64,000 nucleotides of DNA, taken from the NCBI RefSeq assembly GCF_009914755.1, contig NC_060925.1. The stretch is one strand, 5' to 3'. Each line of letters opens with the position of its first letter. Positions within the stretch are counted from its first letter, which is position 1. The DNA is from the human T2T-CHM13v2.0 reference genome, Homo sapiens. Of the stretch, positions 24,479-38,412 are shown piece after piece. The position numbers and the translations under genes were made by a program. The notes under the pieces were generated by a model. That model saw only the letters and a program-made list of their open reading frames with translations, was not told the origin of the DNA and ran no database searches.

Positions 24479-26498
24479 TAATATGCTTTTTTTATACCCA
24501 TTATGCATCCCTACCTCCCACCCTGGGATCCCACTACCCTCCCTAGAATCTGGTAACCATCCTTCTATTCTCTATCTCCATGAATTGTAATGTTTTGCTT
24601 TTTGGTTCCCACAAATAAAAGAGAATTTGCAACATTTGTCTTTCTGTGCTGGGCTTATTTCACTTAATATAATGATCTCCAGTTCCATCCATGTTGCTGC
24701 AAATAAAAGACTCTCATTCTTTTTTATGGCTGAATATTACTCCATTGTGTATAAGTATTACATTTTCTTTATCCATTTATCTGTTGATGGAACACAGGTT
24801 GCTTCCAAACCTTGGCTATTATGAACAGTGCTGCAACAAACATGAGAGTACAGCTATCTCTTCAATATACTGATTTCCTTTCTTTTGGTAATATACCCAG
24901 CAATGAGATTGTTAGATCATATGATAGCTCTCTTTTTAGTTTTTGAGGAACGTCTGAACTCTTCTCCATAGTGGTTGTACTAATTTACATACCCACCAAA
25001 AGTGTACAAGGATTCCCTTTTCTCCACAGTCTTTCCAACATTTGTTAGTGACTGACATTTGGATGAAAGCCATTTTAACTGGGGTGGGATGATATCTTAT
25101 TGCAGTTTTGATTTGCATTTCCTTGATGAACAGTGATGTTAACCACCTTTTCATATGCCTGTTTGTCATTTGTATGTCTTCTTTTGATAAATATTTTTTG
25201 AAATCTTTTGACCATTTTTAAATCAAATTATTAGATTTTTTTCCATAGTTGTTTGAATGCCTTATATATTCTGGTTACTCATCCCTTGTCAGACGGGTAG
25301 TCTGAAAATATTTTCTCCAATTCTGTAGGTTGTCTCTTCACTTCATTGATTGTTTGCTTTGTTTTGTAGAAGCTCTTTAACTTGATATGATCTCATTTGT
25401 CCATTTTGCCTTTCATTGCCTGTGCTTGTGGTGTATTACTCAAGAAATTTTTGCCAAGACTAATGTTCTGAGCTCCCCCAATGTTTTCTTACAGTAGTGT
25501 CATAATTTGAGGTCTTCAATTTGAATCTTTAATTCATTTAGGTTTGATTTTTGTATATGGTGATAGATAAGGGTCAAATTTTATTCTTCTGCATATGGAT
25601 ATCCAGTTTTCCCAGCATCATTTATTGAAGAGACTGTCTTTTCCCCAATATATGTTCATGGCATCTTTGTTGAAAACAAGTTCACTGTAGGAGTATGGAT
25701 TTGTTTCTGGGTTCTCTATTCTCTTCCATTGGTCTATGTGTCTATTTTTATGCCAATACCATGTTGTTTTGGTTATTATAGCTCTGTAGTATAATTTGAA
25801 GTCAGGTAATGTGATTCCTCCAGTTTTGTTCCTTTTGCTTAGGATGGCTTTGGCTATTCTGGGTCTTTTGTAATTCCATACAAATTTTAGGATTTTTTTT
25901 TCTATTTCTGTGAAGAATGTCATTGGTATTTTGATAGGGATTGCATTAAATCTGTAGATTGCTTTGGGTAGTATAGACATTTTAACAACATTGATTCTTC
26001 CATTTCATGAACATGGACTTACTTTCCAATTTTTTGTGTCCTCTTAAATTTCTTTCACCAGTATTTTAAAGTTTTCATTATAGACATCTTTCATCTCTTT
26101 GGTCAATTCCTAGGTATTTAATTTTATTTGTGGCTATTGTAAATGGGATTAATTTCTTGATTTCTTTTTCAGATTGTTCACTGTTGGTATATAGAAATGC
26201 TACTGATTTTTGTATACTGATTTTGTATCCTGCAAATTTACTGACTTTGTTTGTAAGTTCTAATAAGTTTTTGGTGAAGCTTTTAGTTTTTTCCAAATAT
26301 AAGATCATAGCATTTGAAAGCAAGGATAATTTGACTTCTTCCTTTTCAATTTGGATACTCTTTATTTCTTTCTCTTATCTGATTGCTGTAGCTAAGACTT
26401 CCAATACTGTGTTAAATAACAGTGTGACAGTGAGCATCCTTGTTGTGTTCCAGATCTAAGAGGAAAGGCTTTCAGTTTTTCCCCATTCAGTATGATGC

Positions 26499-26870
26499 TG
26501 TATTAGTCCATTATCACATTGCCATAAAAATACCTGTGACTGGGTAATTTATAAAGCAAAGAAATTTAATTGGCTCATGGCTCTGCAGGCTGTACAGGAA
26601 GCATAGTTGTGGAGGCCTCAGGTAGCTTTTATTCATGGTGTAAGGCAAAGCTGGAGCAGCATCTTCACATAGCCAGAGCAGAAGGAAGGTGGGGGTAAAT
26701 GCCCCACACTTTTAAACAACCAGATCCTGTGATAACTCTATCACGAGAACAGCACCAAAGTGGGAAACCCATCCCATGATCCAATTGCCTCCCACCAGTC
26801 CTCACTTCTAACATTGGGGATTACAATTTAACATGAGATTTGGGCAGGGACACAGATCCAAAACATATCA
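26499..26870 (-). mobile_element. MST-family MaLR solo LTR
   Basis: tgtattagtcc...ggctgtacaggaagcat...gggacacagatccaaaacatatca; TSD gatgc/gatac. Confidence 0.92.
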
Positions 26871-29800
26871 GATACTACTTGTGGGTCTGTCATACATGGC
26901 TTTTGTTATGTTGTGGTATGTCCCTTCTATATCCAGTTTTTCGAGGTTTTCTTTTATCATGAAAAGATGTTGAATGTTATTAAATGCTTTTTCAGAATCA
27001 ATTGAAATGATCATATGGTTTGGATCCCTCATTCTGTTAATAAGATGTATCACACTGATTGACTTGCATATGTTGAATCATTCTTACATTCTTGGGATAG
27101 ATCTCACTTGGTCATGATGAATGATCTTTTAAATATATTGTTAAATTCTGTTTGCTAGTATTTTGTTGAGGACTTTGCATAAATGTTCATCAGAGATATT
27201 GGTCTGCAGTTCTTGATGTGTCTGTCTGGTTCTGGTATCAGTGTAATACTGGCCTTGTAAAATGAGTTTGAAAGTATTGCCTCCTCCTCTCTTTTTCTGA
27301 ATAGTTTAAATAGGATTGGTATTAGTTCATTAAAAATTTGGTAGAGTTCAGTTTTGCAGCCATTGGGTCCTGGGATTTTCATTACTGGGAGACTTTGTAT
27401 TATTGCTTCAATCTCATTACTTCTTACTGTTCTTTTCAAGTTTTGGATTTCTTCATGATTAAATCTTAGCAGGTTTTATGTGTCTAGGCATTTATTAATT
27501 CCTTCTAGATTTTCCAATTTATTGGCATATGGTTGCTCATAATGGCTCTGATTATCCTTTAAATTTTTGTAGTATCAGTTGGAATGCATCCTTTTGTATC
27601 TCTGATTTTTAAATTTGGATCTTATCTCTTTTTTCTTAGTCTGGCTAAAGGTTTGGCAATTTTGTTTATCTTTTCAAAAAAACAACTTTTTGTTGCATTG
27701 ATCTTTTTTATTGTTTTCTTCATTTGAAATTCATTTATTTCTGCTCTGATATTTATTATTTCTCTATGCTAATTTTGGATTCAGTTTGCTCTTGATTTTC
27801 TGGTTCTTTAAGATGCATCATTAGGTTAGTTATTTGAAACTTTTCTTCTTTTTGGATGTAGGCTTAAGCTATAAATTTCCCTCTGAGTACTACTTTTGCT
27901 GTACCCCTTAAGTTGTGTTATGTTGTGTTTTCATTGTCATTTGTTTCAAGACATTTTTCAATTTCCTTCTTAATTTCTTCACTGACCCACTGGTCATTCA
28001 GAAGCATATTGTTTAATTTCCATGTGTTTGTATAGTTTCCAAATTTTCTTTTGTTATTAATTTGTAGCTTTATTCCATTGTGGTTTAGCATTTTTTTGTA
28101 GGACAGGTTTGATGTTGATGAAATCCCTCAGCTTTTATTTGTTTGGGAAGGTCTTTATTTCTCCTTCAGGCTTAAAAGACATTTTCATCAGACATACTAT
28201 TCTAGAATAAAAGTTATTTATTTATTTATTTATTTATTTTTTCCTTTAGGGCTTTAAATATTTCATAGCACTCTCTCCTGGCCTATAATGTTTCCATGGA
28301 AAAGTCTGCTTCCAGGCTTATTGAGGCTGCATTGCATGTTATTTCTTTCTTTTCTCTTGTGCTTTAGGATCCTTTCTTTATCCTTGACCTTTGGAAGTTA
28401 GTGACTGTTAGTTGCCTTGAGGTAGTCTTCTTTGGGTTAAATCTGCTTGGTGTTCTATAACCTTCTTGGAGTTAACTGTTAACATTTTTCTCTAGGTTTG
28501 GGAAGTTCTTTGATATTATCCCTTCAAATAAACTTTCTACCCCATCTCTTTCTCTACCTCCTCTTTAAGGCCAGTTACTCAGATTTGCCCCTTTGAGGCT
28601 ATTTTCAAGATCCTATAGGTGAGCTTCATTGTTTTTTATTCTTTTTCCTTTTGTTTCCTCTGATTGTATTTTCAAGTAGCCTATCTTTAAGCTCACTAAC
28701 GCATTCTTCTACCTGATCAGTTCTAATGTTAAGAGACTCTGATGCATCCTTCAGCATGTCCATTACATTTTCAACTCTAGAATGTCTGCTTGATTTTTAA
28801 CATTATTTCAATCTCTATTAAATTTATCCGATTGAATTCTGAATTCCTTCTCAGTGTTATCTTGATGGAAGCACCCCTATGACACCCACTACTGGGACTG
28901 CACTGGGTCAGACCTGAAGCCATTACAGCACTGGGCCTTGCCCAAGGCCCTTCTGTTGAGGGTGGCAACTTCCTCTAGTTCCTGGGTGTGTCCAGATGCC
29001 ACACCCTGGGAACCAAGGTTTGGGGTTAAAACCCTTAGCTGTTTACCTGATATTCTATACTACTGCCACTAAGGTGGCACTCAAAACCACAATACAAAAT
29101 CCTTCCCATTCTTCCTGCCCCTGTTGACAGGCAGAGGAGCTTCTCCCTGTGGCCAGCACAACCACCAGTCCACAGGAGGTTCTTCTAGGCCACCACCTAT
29201 GTTCACTTAAAGTCCAAAGTCTCTTCCGTAAGCTTGTGGTGAATGCTGCCAGGCTAGCAACTCACCCGTCAGGGCAGTGGGCTCCCCTCTGGCCCAAGGC
29301 AAGAGCAGAAATACTGTCCAAGAGCCTAGGCCTGGACTTGGGGAACCCAATATCCTGCTTGTTGCTCTACCCAACTGTGACTTCACTGGTACCTAGGATG
29401 CAACACAAAGTCCCCTTTGCTTTTCCCTCTGCTTTTCTCGAACAGAAGGAGTCTTTCACCATAGCCACCACAGCTGTGAACGTGCTGGGTCACCCCTGAA
29501 GTCTGCATGTCTCAGGGCCCAAGGCCCACAGTATACTCCATGGGTATCACTGCTGGTTATTTAGAGCCCGTGGGTTCTTCAGTTGGTAGATGATGAATCT
29601 TACTAGGACTGGGTACTTTCCTTAAAGGTAGCAGATTCCCTTTTGGCCCAGGGTGTGTCTAGAAAAGTTGTCTGGGAGCTAGGGCCTGGAATGCGGGCCT
29701 CACAACTCTACCCCATGCCCTATCCTACTGTGGGTGAGCTGGTATCAAAGATGCAAGACAAAGTCCTCTTTACTCTTTGCTCTCATTTCCTTAAAGAGAA

Positions 29801-30183
29801 GTTTTGGTTGCTCTGAGCTGCGCTGCCTGGGGTTGAGGGAGGGATGGCACAAGCACTCCTTTAGCCTCACCAGCTGGTTTCTCCCTAGGTAATATGTCAC
29901 CTTAGTTCACTTGCTCTAAGCCCAGGCTAGCACTAAGAATTGCCTAGGAATTACAGTCCTTGTGTCCTAGACTGCCTTTCAAGTTTACCTAGGACCCTAG
30001 AGTGCTTTAGCCCTCAGTTGTAAAGCTTGCCAAGAAACTCAAGTTCTGATTGCTGGGTTGGGCAATTTCCCTCTGGCTAGGACTGCTCCAAATGCTTCCT
30101 CTGTGCGCAAGGGTTGTGGCTGAGCCCAACATGGTTTTGCTCTTCACTGTGACAGGGAAGCACTGAGTTCAATGTAAAGTCCC

Positions 30184-30374
30184 TCCAAGTGATCCTCCTG
30201 AGTAGCTGGGACTACAGATGTGCGCCACCATGCTTGGCTAATTTTTTTGTATTTTTTATAGAGACAGGGTTTCGCCATGTTGCCAGGCTGGTCTCAAACT
30301 TCTGGACTCAAGCAATCTTCCTGCCTTGACCTCCCAAAATGCTGAGATTACTGTTGTGAGCCACTGTGCCCGGG
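30184..30374 (-). mobile_element. Partial AluJ (3' part lost)
   Basis: Left arm and part of right arm, antisense, abutting the truncated L1 5' UTR. Confidence 0.85.
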
Positions 30375-30424
30375 CAATATCTATGTCTTTGGTAAATTTC
30401 TCACTCATATCCTGAATTGTATTT

Positions 30425-30856
30425 GTTTATTTATTTATTTATATTTTTTATGACCTGCCACTTCAGGAAGGGCTTCTTTATACCTCAAGAAAATAAGACA
30501 TTAAAACAACAACAATGCTTTTCCGAACAACCACAATAAAATTTTCTTTATTCATTTCATTAAGTCCTATTAAGTTAATTTCTGTTCTGCTGGATCTTGG
30601 ATTAAAAGTCTCATAAATCCTGGGCCTAGTGGTGCACGCCTGTAATCCCACCTACTTGGGAGGCTGAGGTGGGAGGATTTTTTGAATTCAGGAGTTTGAG
30701 ATCAGCCTGGGCAACATAATACGACCCTGTCTTGTTCTGTGGGCTATACAGGCTTCTGCTTCTGGAGAGGCCTCAGGAAACTTACAATTATGGTGGAAGG
30801 CAAAGGGGAAGCAAGCACGTCTTACGTGGGTGGAGCAGGAGAAAGAGAAAGAGACG
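30425..30856 (-). pseudogene. Processed retrocopy of a spliced chimeric transcript (MST LTR exon + antisense Alu-monomer exon + 3' exon + poly(A))
   Basis: TSD gaattgtattt (30414-30424) / gaattgttctt (30857-30867); degenerate A-tail 30425-30450; MST piece stops at its splice donor; Alu piece starts at the usual antisense-Alu acceptor. Confidence 0.75.
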
Positions 30857-33800
30857 GAATTGTTCTTCTAATTTTTTGTATTTTTCTGTATTCTCTTATA
30901 TCTCACCGAGCTTCTTTAACATTATCGTTTTGAATTCTTTTTCCAGAATTTCATAAATGTGTTGTTCACTGGGATCTATTGCTGGAGATTATTATGTTCC
31001 TTTGGAGGTATAATAGTTCCCTGTTTTTTTCATGTTTCTTTGTCCTTATGTTGATATCTATGCATCTGGTGTAGCAGTGGCTTCTTCCAATTTTTTGAAT
31101 CTTCTTTCATAGGGGAGGTCTTTTTCCTCAATATGTATCTATAGTGTTAGTTGGGTAGAGCATTTTGGCTTTGATTCTAAGTGCATGCAGTAGGGTAGTC
31201 TCTGTATGATTTCTTTGGCTGTAAACAGCATCAGTGGTACCTTTGATTTCCTCAGTGACTTAGGTGTGGTTGCTAGTGGCAACTGTGGTGAAGTTTTTCT
31301 GGAGACTGGGATGCCAGATGAGCCAGTCCTTGGGCCCTAGTGGTGACAGTGGTGAGCTGGACATGCCAGTAGCTGGGCCTTAGGGTGGTATATGTTGGCA
31401 GCAGCATTAATGGGTCCAACTGGGTTGATTCTCGGGTTTCCAGGCAACTTGCTTGGGTGTCAGTAGTGACAGTGGTGGGCAGGGCCAGTGGCTGGGTTCT
31501 TGGTCCCCTGGGCAGCCTGCATGATGTGAGCAGTGGTAGTAGCAGTGGTAGAACAAGCCTTTGGTTCTGATGTGGTCTGAACTGGTGTTGGTACTGGTTA
31601 TGATGAGCAAGGTGGGCTAGTTCCCAGGTCTGCAGATAGTATGTGCAGGTGGGTGTCTGCTATGGCAGTGGTGGCAGGGTGGGTGGGCCCAATCTCAGGC
31701 CCTGGAAGGAGTGCTTAGGTACCAATGATGATACACCAGGCTGGACGATCCCCAGACCTCTGAACAGCATGCTTAGGCACTGCAGAGTTGGAGCCAGGTT
31801 GCAAGAGCCTGTCCTCACGACCCCCAGTGGTGTGTGCAGGTACTGGCTATGGTAGGCAGGGGAAGGTTAATCCTCAGGTCCCTGGCAGAATGCTTGGACA
31901 GGGGCAGCAGTGCCTGTGCTGGAGTCCTGCTACTGGACAGATGGGGTTGCTTTCAGTGGCAGCAGTTGTAGGCAGGTGGCTGGAAAGCATGCACTTCCCT
32001 CATGTTTTGAATCTAGCAGTGGAAGCCCATAGCAGCAGTGGCTGCAGGCAGGTGAGTCTGTTCTCAGGGCAAGTGAAAATGCATGGTGACTCCACTGCTG
32101 GGGGAGTCAGGTTAACTGCCAAGGGCTTAAGCTTTGGTACTGGTGGCAGCAGCCAGCCACAGCAGTGGCTGCAGGCAGGAGGTATCAACAGGGCTTCAGG
32201 GATGTGGAGACGTAGGGGCTTTGGAGCTCCAGGGCAGGATGCAGTTAGGCGGGGCCAGGCTCTCAAAATGACACCTTCCTGTAGCTACTTAGAACTCAGT
32301 GGGTATGTGAGGTGCAGCACAATCTCCCTCTCTGGAGCAATGCTTTTCTGTAGTCTCCACACAGCTTCCCATGTTAGTCTCAGGGCCCAGGAGGATTGAA
32401 GGGATCACCTGTGCTAGGATTTCAGGAGTCCATGGTGGGAATGTGGACCACTGGGGATTTCATACCTTTTTCCCACAATGGACAGCCTCTCAAGGCTCAT
32501 AGCCAATCCTGGCCAAGCAGGCTGCCTCCCTTTCCACTTCTTTCTTGCTTTAGGTGTTTCCTCTCAGTTCTTTGTTGAATTTCAGTGTTCTCTGTTAGAT
32601 GATCTATTCAAAGAGTGATTATCTACTCACTATTTTGGTTCTTCTTTGTGGAGAAGACGGGTGCCAGATTCCTCTAGTCAGCCGTCTTGAAGACCTCCTC
32701 AACATATGCTTTTATCTCTTGTGAGTATGTACCTAGGAGAGGAATAGCTGGACTGTGTGACTCATTGGTCATAGATGTTCTCCTTTTAAGAAGCTGCCAA
32801 ACTATCTTCTGAAATGGTTGAACCACTTTACGTTCTCATTTGCAGTTTACAAGATTTCCAGTTCCTCCTCATCCTCAACAACACTTGGAGCAGCAAATCT
32901 TAGTAATTTTTGCTAGCCTAATGTAGTGTGTAATGGTACCTCATTGTGGTTTTCATTTGAATATTTCTAATGACTAACGATGATGAGCAACTTTTCATGT
33001 GCTTATTTGCCATCTTTTTTGTGAACTCTGTTTAAATCATTTGCTCGTTTCTTAATTGGGGTATCTGTTTTCTCACTTTTAAGTATTGAGAGCTCTTTAT
33101 ATATTCTAAATTTAAGTCTTTTGTCAGATACATACTTTGAAAATATTTTTTCATGGTTTGTGGCTTTGAAAGTCTGTGGCTTTAAAAATGTCTTAAAATA
33201 GCAGAAGGTTTCAATTGTGTTAAAGTATAATTTATCAATTTTTTCTTTTATGGATTGTGCTTCTGGTGTTCATAGTTAAGAAATATTTGCCTAACCATAG
33301 GTCACAAAGATTGTCTCATGTATAATCTTCTATAATTTGTATAGTTTTAGGATTTACATTTAGGTATATAATGCATTTTCTTTTAAATTTTATATGCAGT
33401 GCAAGGCATGGATGGAAGTTTATTTTTGCATATATATATATATCTCCAATTGTTCCAGCACCATTGTTAAAAAAAGACTATCCTTTTCCCACTGAATGGA
33501 CTTTGTGCCTTTCTTGAAAATTAGTTGACCATATATGTGTGGATTTATTTCTAGATTCACAGTTTTGTTCCATTGATGTATTTATTTGCCTTTACACCAA
33601 TAGCACACTGTCTTGATTATTTTGGCTTTATAATAAATGTTGAATCAGGTACTGTTACTCTTCTAACTTTGTTTTTATTTTTCTAAATGATTTGACTTTT
33701 CTAGATAATTTGTATTTACATATGAATATTATGATTAGCTTGTTTATTTTTAAAAAAAATAAAGCTTGCTGGGATTTTGAATGGGATTGGTAAATCTATA

Positions 33801-34401
33801 GCTCAATTTGGGAAAAGTTGACATATTAACAATATTGACTCTCCTGACCCGTGAACAAGGGGTTCATTTATTCAGGTCTTTAAATTTCTCCTAGAAACAT
33901 TTTTGTAGTTTTCAGTGTATAGGTCTTAACACCTATTAGGCGAATTTATCCCTGAGTATTTCTTATTCTTTTAAGCTACTGTAAATGGTATTGTTTTTTA
34001 AAATTTTACTTTCTGATATTTCATTACTGGTAGATAGAAGTATAATTGATTTTTGTTTATTGATCTTGTATCCTGCAACCAAGCTAAATTTACTTGGTAA
34101 CAGTTTTGGGAGATCCCACCAAAATTTTCTGAATAAGCATATTGTTTATGAATAAAAACAGTTTCAATGTTCTATTTTCCTTTTCTTGTCTTGTTCCACT
34201 GGCTAGGACTTTTGGTGGTACAAGTTTAACAAAATGTACAGACAGCAGACATTCTTTTATTGTCTGCACCTTAAGGAAAGTGTATTTGTATATTTGGTCT
34301 TTCACCATTAAGTGTGATATTAGCTGTAGGTTTTTTGTAGATATGCCCAGCATCAGATTAAGGAAAGTCTTTAGTATTTTTAGTTTAGTGAGAGTTAAAA
34401 C

Positions 34402-34560
34402 ATTTTCTTTTTTATTTCAATAGTGTTAGGGTAAAGGTGTTTTTTGGTTACATGAATGAATTGTACAGTGGTGAAGTCTGAGATTTTATCGCACTGGTCA
34501 CCAGAGTAATGTACATTGTAACCAACATGTAGTTTTTTATACCTCACCCTCCTCCCACCA
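34402..34560 (-). mobile_element. Short L1PB-like 3' end insertion
   Basis: ggttacatgaatgaattgtacagtggtgaagtctgagatttt; TSD agtgagagtt (34387-34396 / 34561-34570). Confidence 0.8.
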
Positions 34561-36023
34561 AGTGAGAGTTTTTATAAACAATGGATGTTGCCTTTTCTTA
34601 AGTGTTTTTTCTGTGTCTATTGATATAATCATATTAAAAATTTAAAATTCTTTTATTATGCTCAGTTACATTGGTTGATATTTGAACATTAAACCAACTT
34701 TGCATTTCTGGGATAAATCATACTTGGTCATAATGTATTACCTATTTTATAGATCATTGATTTAGATTTGTAAAATTTTGTTTAGACATCTTGCATCTAT
34801 ATACATAAAGAATATTGGTCTATAGTTATTTTTTCTTGTAATGTCTTTGTCAGGTTTTGGTATCAGGGTAATGCTGACCAGAGTAGAATGAATTGAACAG
34901 TATTGATACTGCATATTTTAGAATATAAAATTTAAGCCTTTTTCCATTAAAAGTAATGCAATGGTGTTACAAAAAATGGAACAAGTAAACATAAAGTAAA
35001 TGAGGCATTCCTCTACAATATAAAGACATAAGAGTCACTTTTTTCTGGTAGAATTTTAAAAACTAGAGATACTTATGCTTTTTATATATATCACTTATAT
35101 TTTCTTAAGATATCGTAATCCTTGTTCACATTTCCTTACAGTTTTAAAACCATTTTAAATGTTTGCCTCATATTCTATTGAGTGGATATAATATAATTGT
35201 ACATATTGCCTAATGTCAGAATTTCCCTTATTATATTGATAGTATAAATATTCTGTAAAGAATGTCTTAGAGAATATCAATTTCCCACAATTCGGATTCC
35301 TCTCTTAGAATAAATACCTAGAAGTAGAATTACAGCACAAAATTTGTGAATATTTATATGACTTTTACATGTTTTTGTAGAATGTTTTAAAACAAAAATA
35401 GGTGTCAGAGTCCTTGACTCCAATGAAAATGCATAAAAACATGTAGAATTTAAGGTATGTAGCATTAAATGTTCTGTAAGAGCAAATTGAGGGAAATGTT
35501 AACAAACTTCCAAAATTCTGTGTATATTTACTGAATAATTTAGCTTTGGCTCTATATGTTTTTAAACATACAATAATTCACTTAATATTCATAATTTTGA
35601 AAAACCCAAGAACAGTTTTGGAGGCAAAATTCCCAAACAATAATGGTCCCAGTGGATTGATGAACACAAATAAGTAGATGTACGTTATTAAATGCATTCG
35701 GCAAGTATGGCAAGCTGTCTTTTGCTAGCTATGGAAGACTTGTCGAAAATTCTTTTTATTATTCTCCAAATTATTTTTAAAAAGAAACTCTGAAAATAGG
35801 TTAGTCGTCATTAAAGTGTTGGGTAAGATGTCTGAATAAGGTTATTTCTGATTTCTAGAGGTTATTTTCTAGGAATGTCACAGAATTATATGGCATTTAA
35901 GTACATTTATCTTACTTTTAGATATAACAAGATTCATACGATTTCTGAAAAGCAAATGGAAATAAGGAGATAACTTATTAAAATAAGAGTTTTTTTAAAA
36001 AAAGAATATATTATTTTGATTTC

Positions 36024-36070
36024 TGTATTAGTCAGGCTTCTCCAGAGAGACACAACCAAAATGAGATAGG

Positions 36071-36125
<55 letters not shown>

Positions 36126-36401
36126 AGAGAGGATTTATTAAGAGAATTGGCCTACATGATTATGGAGGCTGCGAAGTCCCACAGTGGACTGTCTGCAAGC
36201 TGGAAATCCAGGGATGTTGGTAGTATGCTTGGTTCAAGTTCAAAAGCCTCAGAACCAGGGAAGCTGATGGTGTAACTCTCAGTTTGGGGCCAAAGGCCTG
36301 TGAACCTGGGGGACCACTGGAGCAAGTCTTGGAGTCAAAAGGCTGAAGATCCTGGAGTTCTTACACCCAAGGGCAGGTGGAGAAGAATGTCTCAGCTCCA
36401 G

Positions 36402-36444
<43 letters not shown>

Positions 36445-36652
36445 TGCCTTTTTACTGCCTTTTTTTTTTTTTGCCCCAGGTGATTGGATTGGTCTATCTA
36501 TAATGAGGGCAGATCTTCTCCACTCAGTCCACTGACTCAAATGTTAGTCTCTTCTGGAAACATTCTCACAGATATACCCAGAAATGATGCTTTGCCAGCT
36601 CTCTAGGTATTCCTTAGTGCAGTCAAGTTGACACCTAAAATTAAAGATCACA
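36024..36652 (-). mobile_element. MLT2B-type LTR (3' LTR of an ERV-L remnant)
   Basis: tgtattagtcagg.ttctccagaga...agtcaagttgacacctaaaattaaagatcaca. Confidence 0.92.
36071..36124. repeat. (GATA)n STR, about 13 units; also (GA)n at about 36409-36440
   Basis: Read directly. Confidence 0.95.
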
Positions 36653-37910
36653 ATTCTACCCCATGTCAACCAGGCACCCATATGCATCTCCTTAAACCAT
36701 ACCTAATCTCAAATAATAATAACAAGGTGATAGTTCCACCTAACATGCAACTATCCTGCATACAACCAGAAATGTACAAGTCTTTTCCCCAGAAAACAAG
36801 ATGAAGTCCTTGGGCAATGTTTTACTTTTCTCCTGATCTCCCGTAACTTAAATACTATGATCTAAAATTAGCAATATTTAAATGCTGATATAAAGTCAAT
36901 AAATTTTATGTTACATGATGAAGGAATAAGAGGAGAATAAAAACAAAGAAATTTGCATAACATATGCATATATTCAAACATATTTCTAACAAAATAAGGA
37001 AGAAATGCTTATGATGATTATAGTCCTCATTTCTGTAACTGGTCACGCTGTTGTAGTTGGTATTTATAACTACTTTATTCCACTCAATCTGTATCTTCCT
37101 TGCCTTTAGGCAAGCACCTTAGCTGCTTGTGGTTCTTTACCTGGAATAGTAACCCAACCCTTCATTCCTGGAGGGTCTGGGCCATTCAAAGTCTTGCCTG
37201 GATTGGGTTGTTATAATTTCCCATTGATCTTAGTCACAGGACATGATAACACTAAGGGATGCCCTAAGGAAAATCCTGTATTCCAGACATACTCTTCCTT
37301 ACCTCCATTGCAGAATAGTAGTCCAATTTCCACTTGGTAGTCTGGATCAATCACCCAGTCCAATGTTGTAACTCCCTGCTTAGCCTATTGATCCAGAGGC
37401 ATGAGGAACCCAAAGTGGCCAGGTGGCAAAATAATTTCCAGTTCAGGGGAATCATTGTATCTTCTGGTGGAAGCATTCCTCCCTCTGGAACTAACAGCTC
37501 TAGACCAGCAGAGCATAAAGTTGAGGGAACAGGAAGCAAAAATTTTGCTAGTGGGTCACTAGGGGTAATTGTGAGTGGTGCCATTCCCGTTTCAACCCCA
37601 TTGATTCTTGGACCTGTGGATCTTTGCTATTGGAGAAATAATACTGTATTATTGGATACTGACCCAGGGCATATACAGCCTTCTGGAGAACCTTGCCCCA
37701 ACCCTGGAAAGTACAGTCATCTAGTTGGTGTCATAACTGTGACTTCAAAAGGCCATTCTACTATTCTATCAAGCCAGCTGCCTCAGGATAATGGGGAACA
37801 TAGTAAGACCAGTGAATTCCATGAGCATGAGCCCACTGTCACTTTTCTTTGACTGTAAAGAGAGTTTCTTGGTCAGATGCAATGCCCTGTGGAACCCCAT
37901 GATGATGGAT
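36653..37910 (-). mobile_element. ERV-L (HERVL/ERVL-B4-like) internal remnant: integrase C-terminus, dUTPase and 3' UTR; 5'-truncated
   Basis: ORF 37351..37584 APLTITPSDPLAKFLLPVPSTLCSAGLELLVPEGGMLPPEDTMIPLNWKL matches the ERV-L dUTPase region; contiguous with MLT2B. Confidence 0.9.
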
Positions 37911-38164
37911 ATTTATTGTCTTATCTGTTTTTACAAAACCATTTTCAATACTTAATATTTGAAATTTATATATCATTACCATTTTGTTTTAAATCAAGAC
38001 ACATTTTCTTTAAAGTCAATACAAAAACATTTTAAGTAAAATGTTATTATAGCATTTAATATCATAATTGATTCAATATAATAACACTAATGTTTTAACA
38101 ATGACCTTTATTAGAATCTTTATGAGATTTTTTAAAAAAATCTGACACTACAAGTTTTTCCCTA

Positions 38165-38320
<156 letters not shown>

Positions 38321-38412
38321 TCACACTGAAAGATTGTTGTAATGATCGTCTTGTCAAAATCATGTATTTCATAATTGTGGAAAAACATTTTTCCCCTTAA
38401 TGGTATGCATTT

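Noticed and set aside
31788-32399. 203-aa ORF on the + strand
   Set aside because: Antisense to a GC-rich old L1 5' UTR, starts at TTG, and is not recognisably ORF0; probably a chance frame.
37334-37852. 172-aa ORF on the + strand
   Set aside because: Antisense shadow of the ERV-L integrase/dUTPase region.
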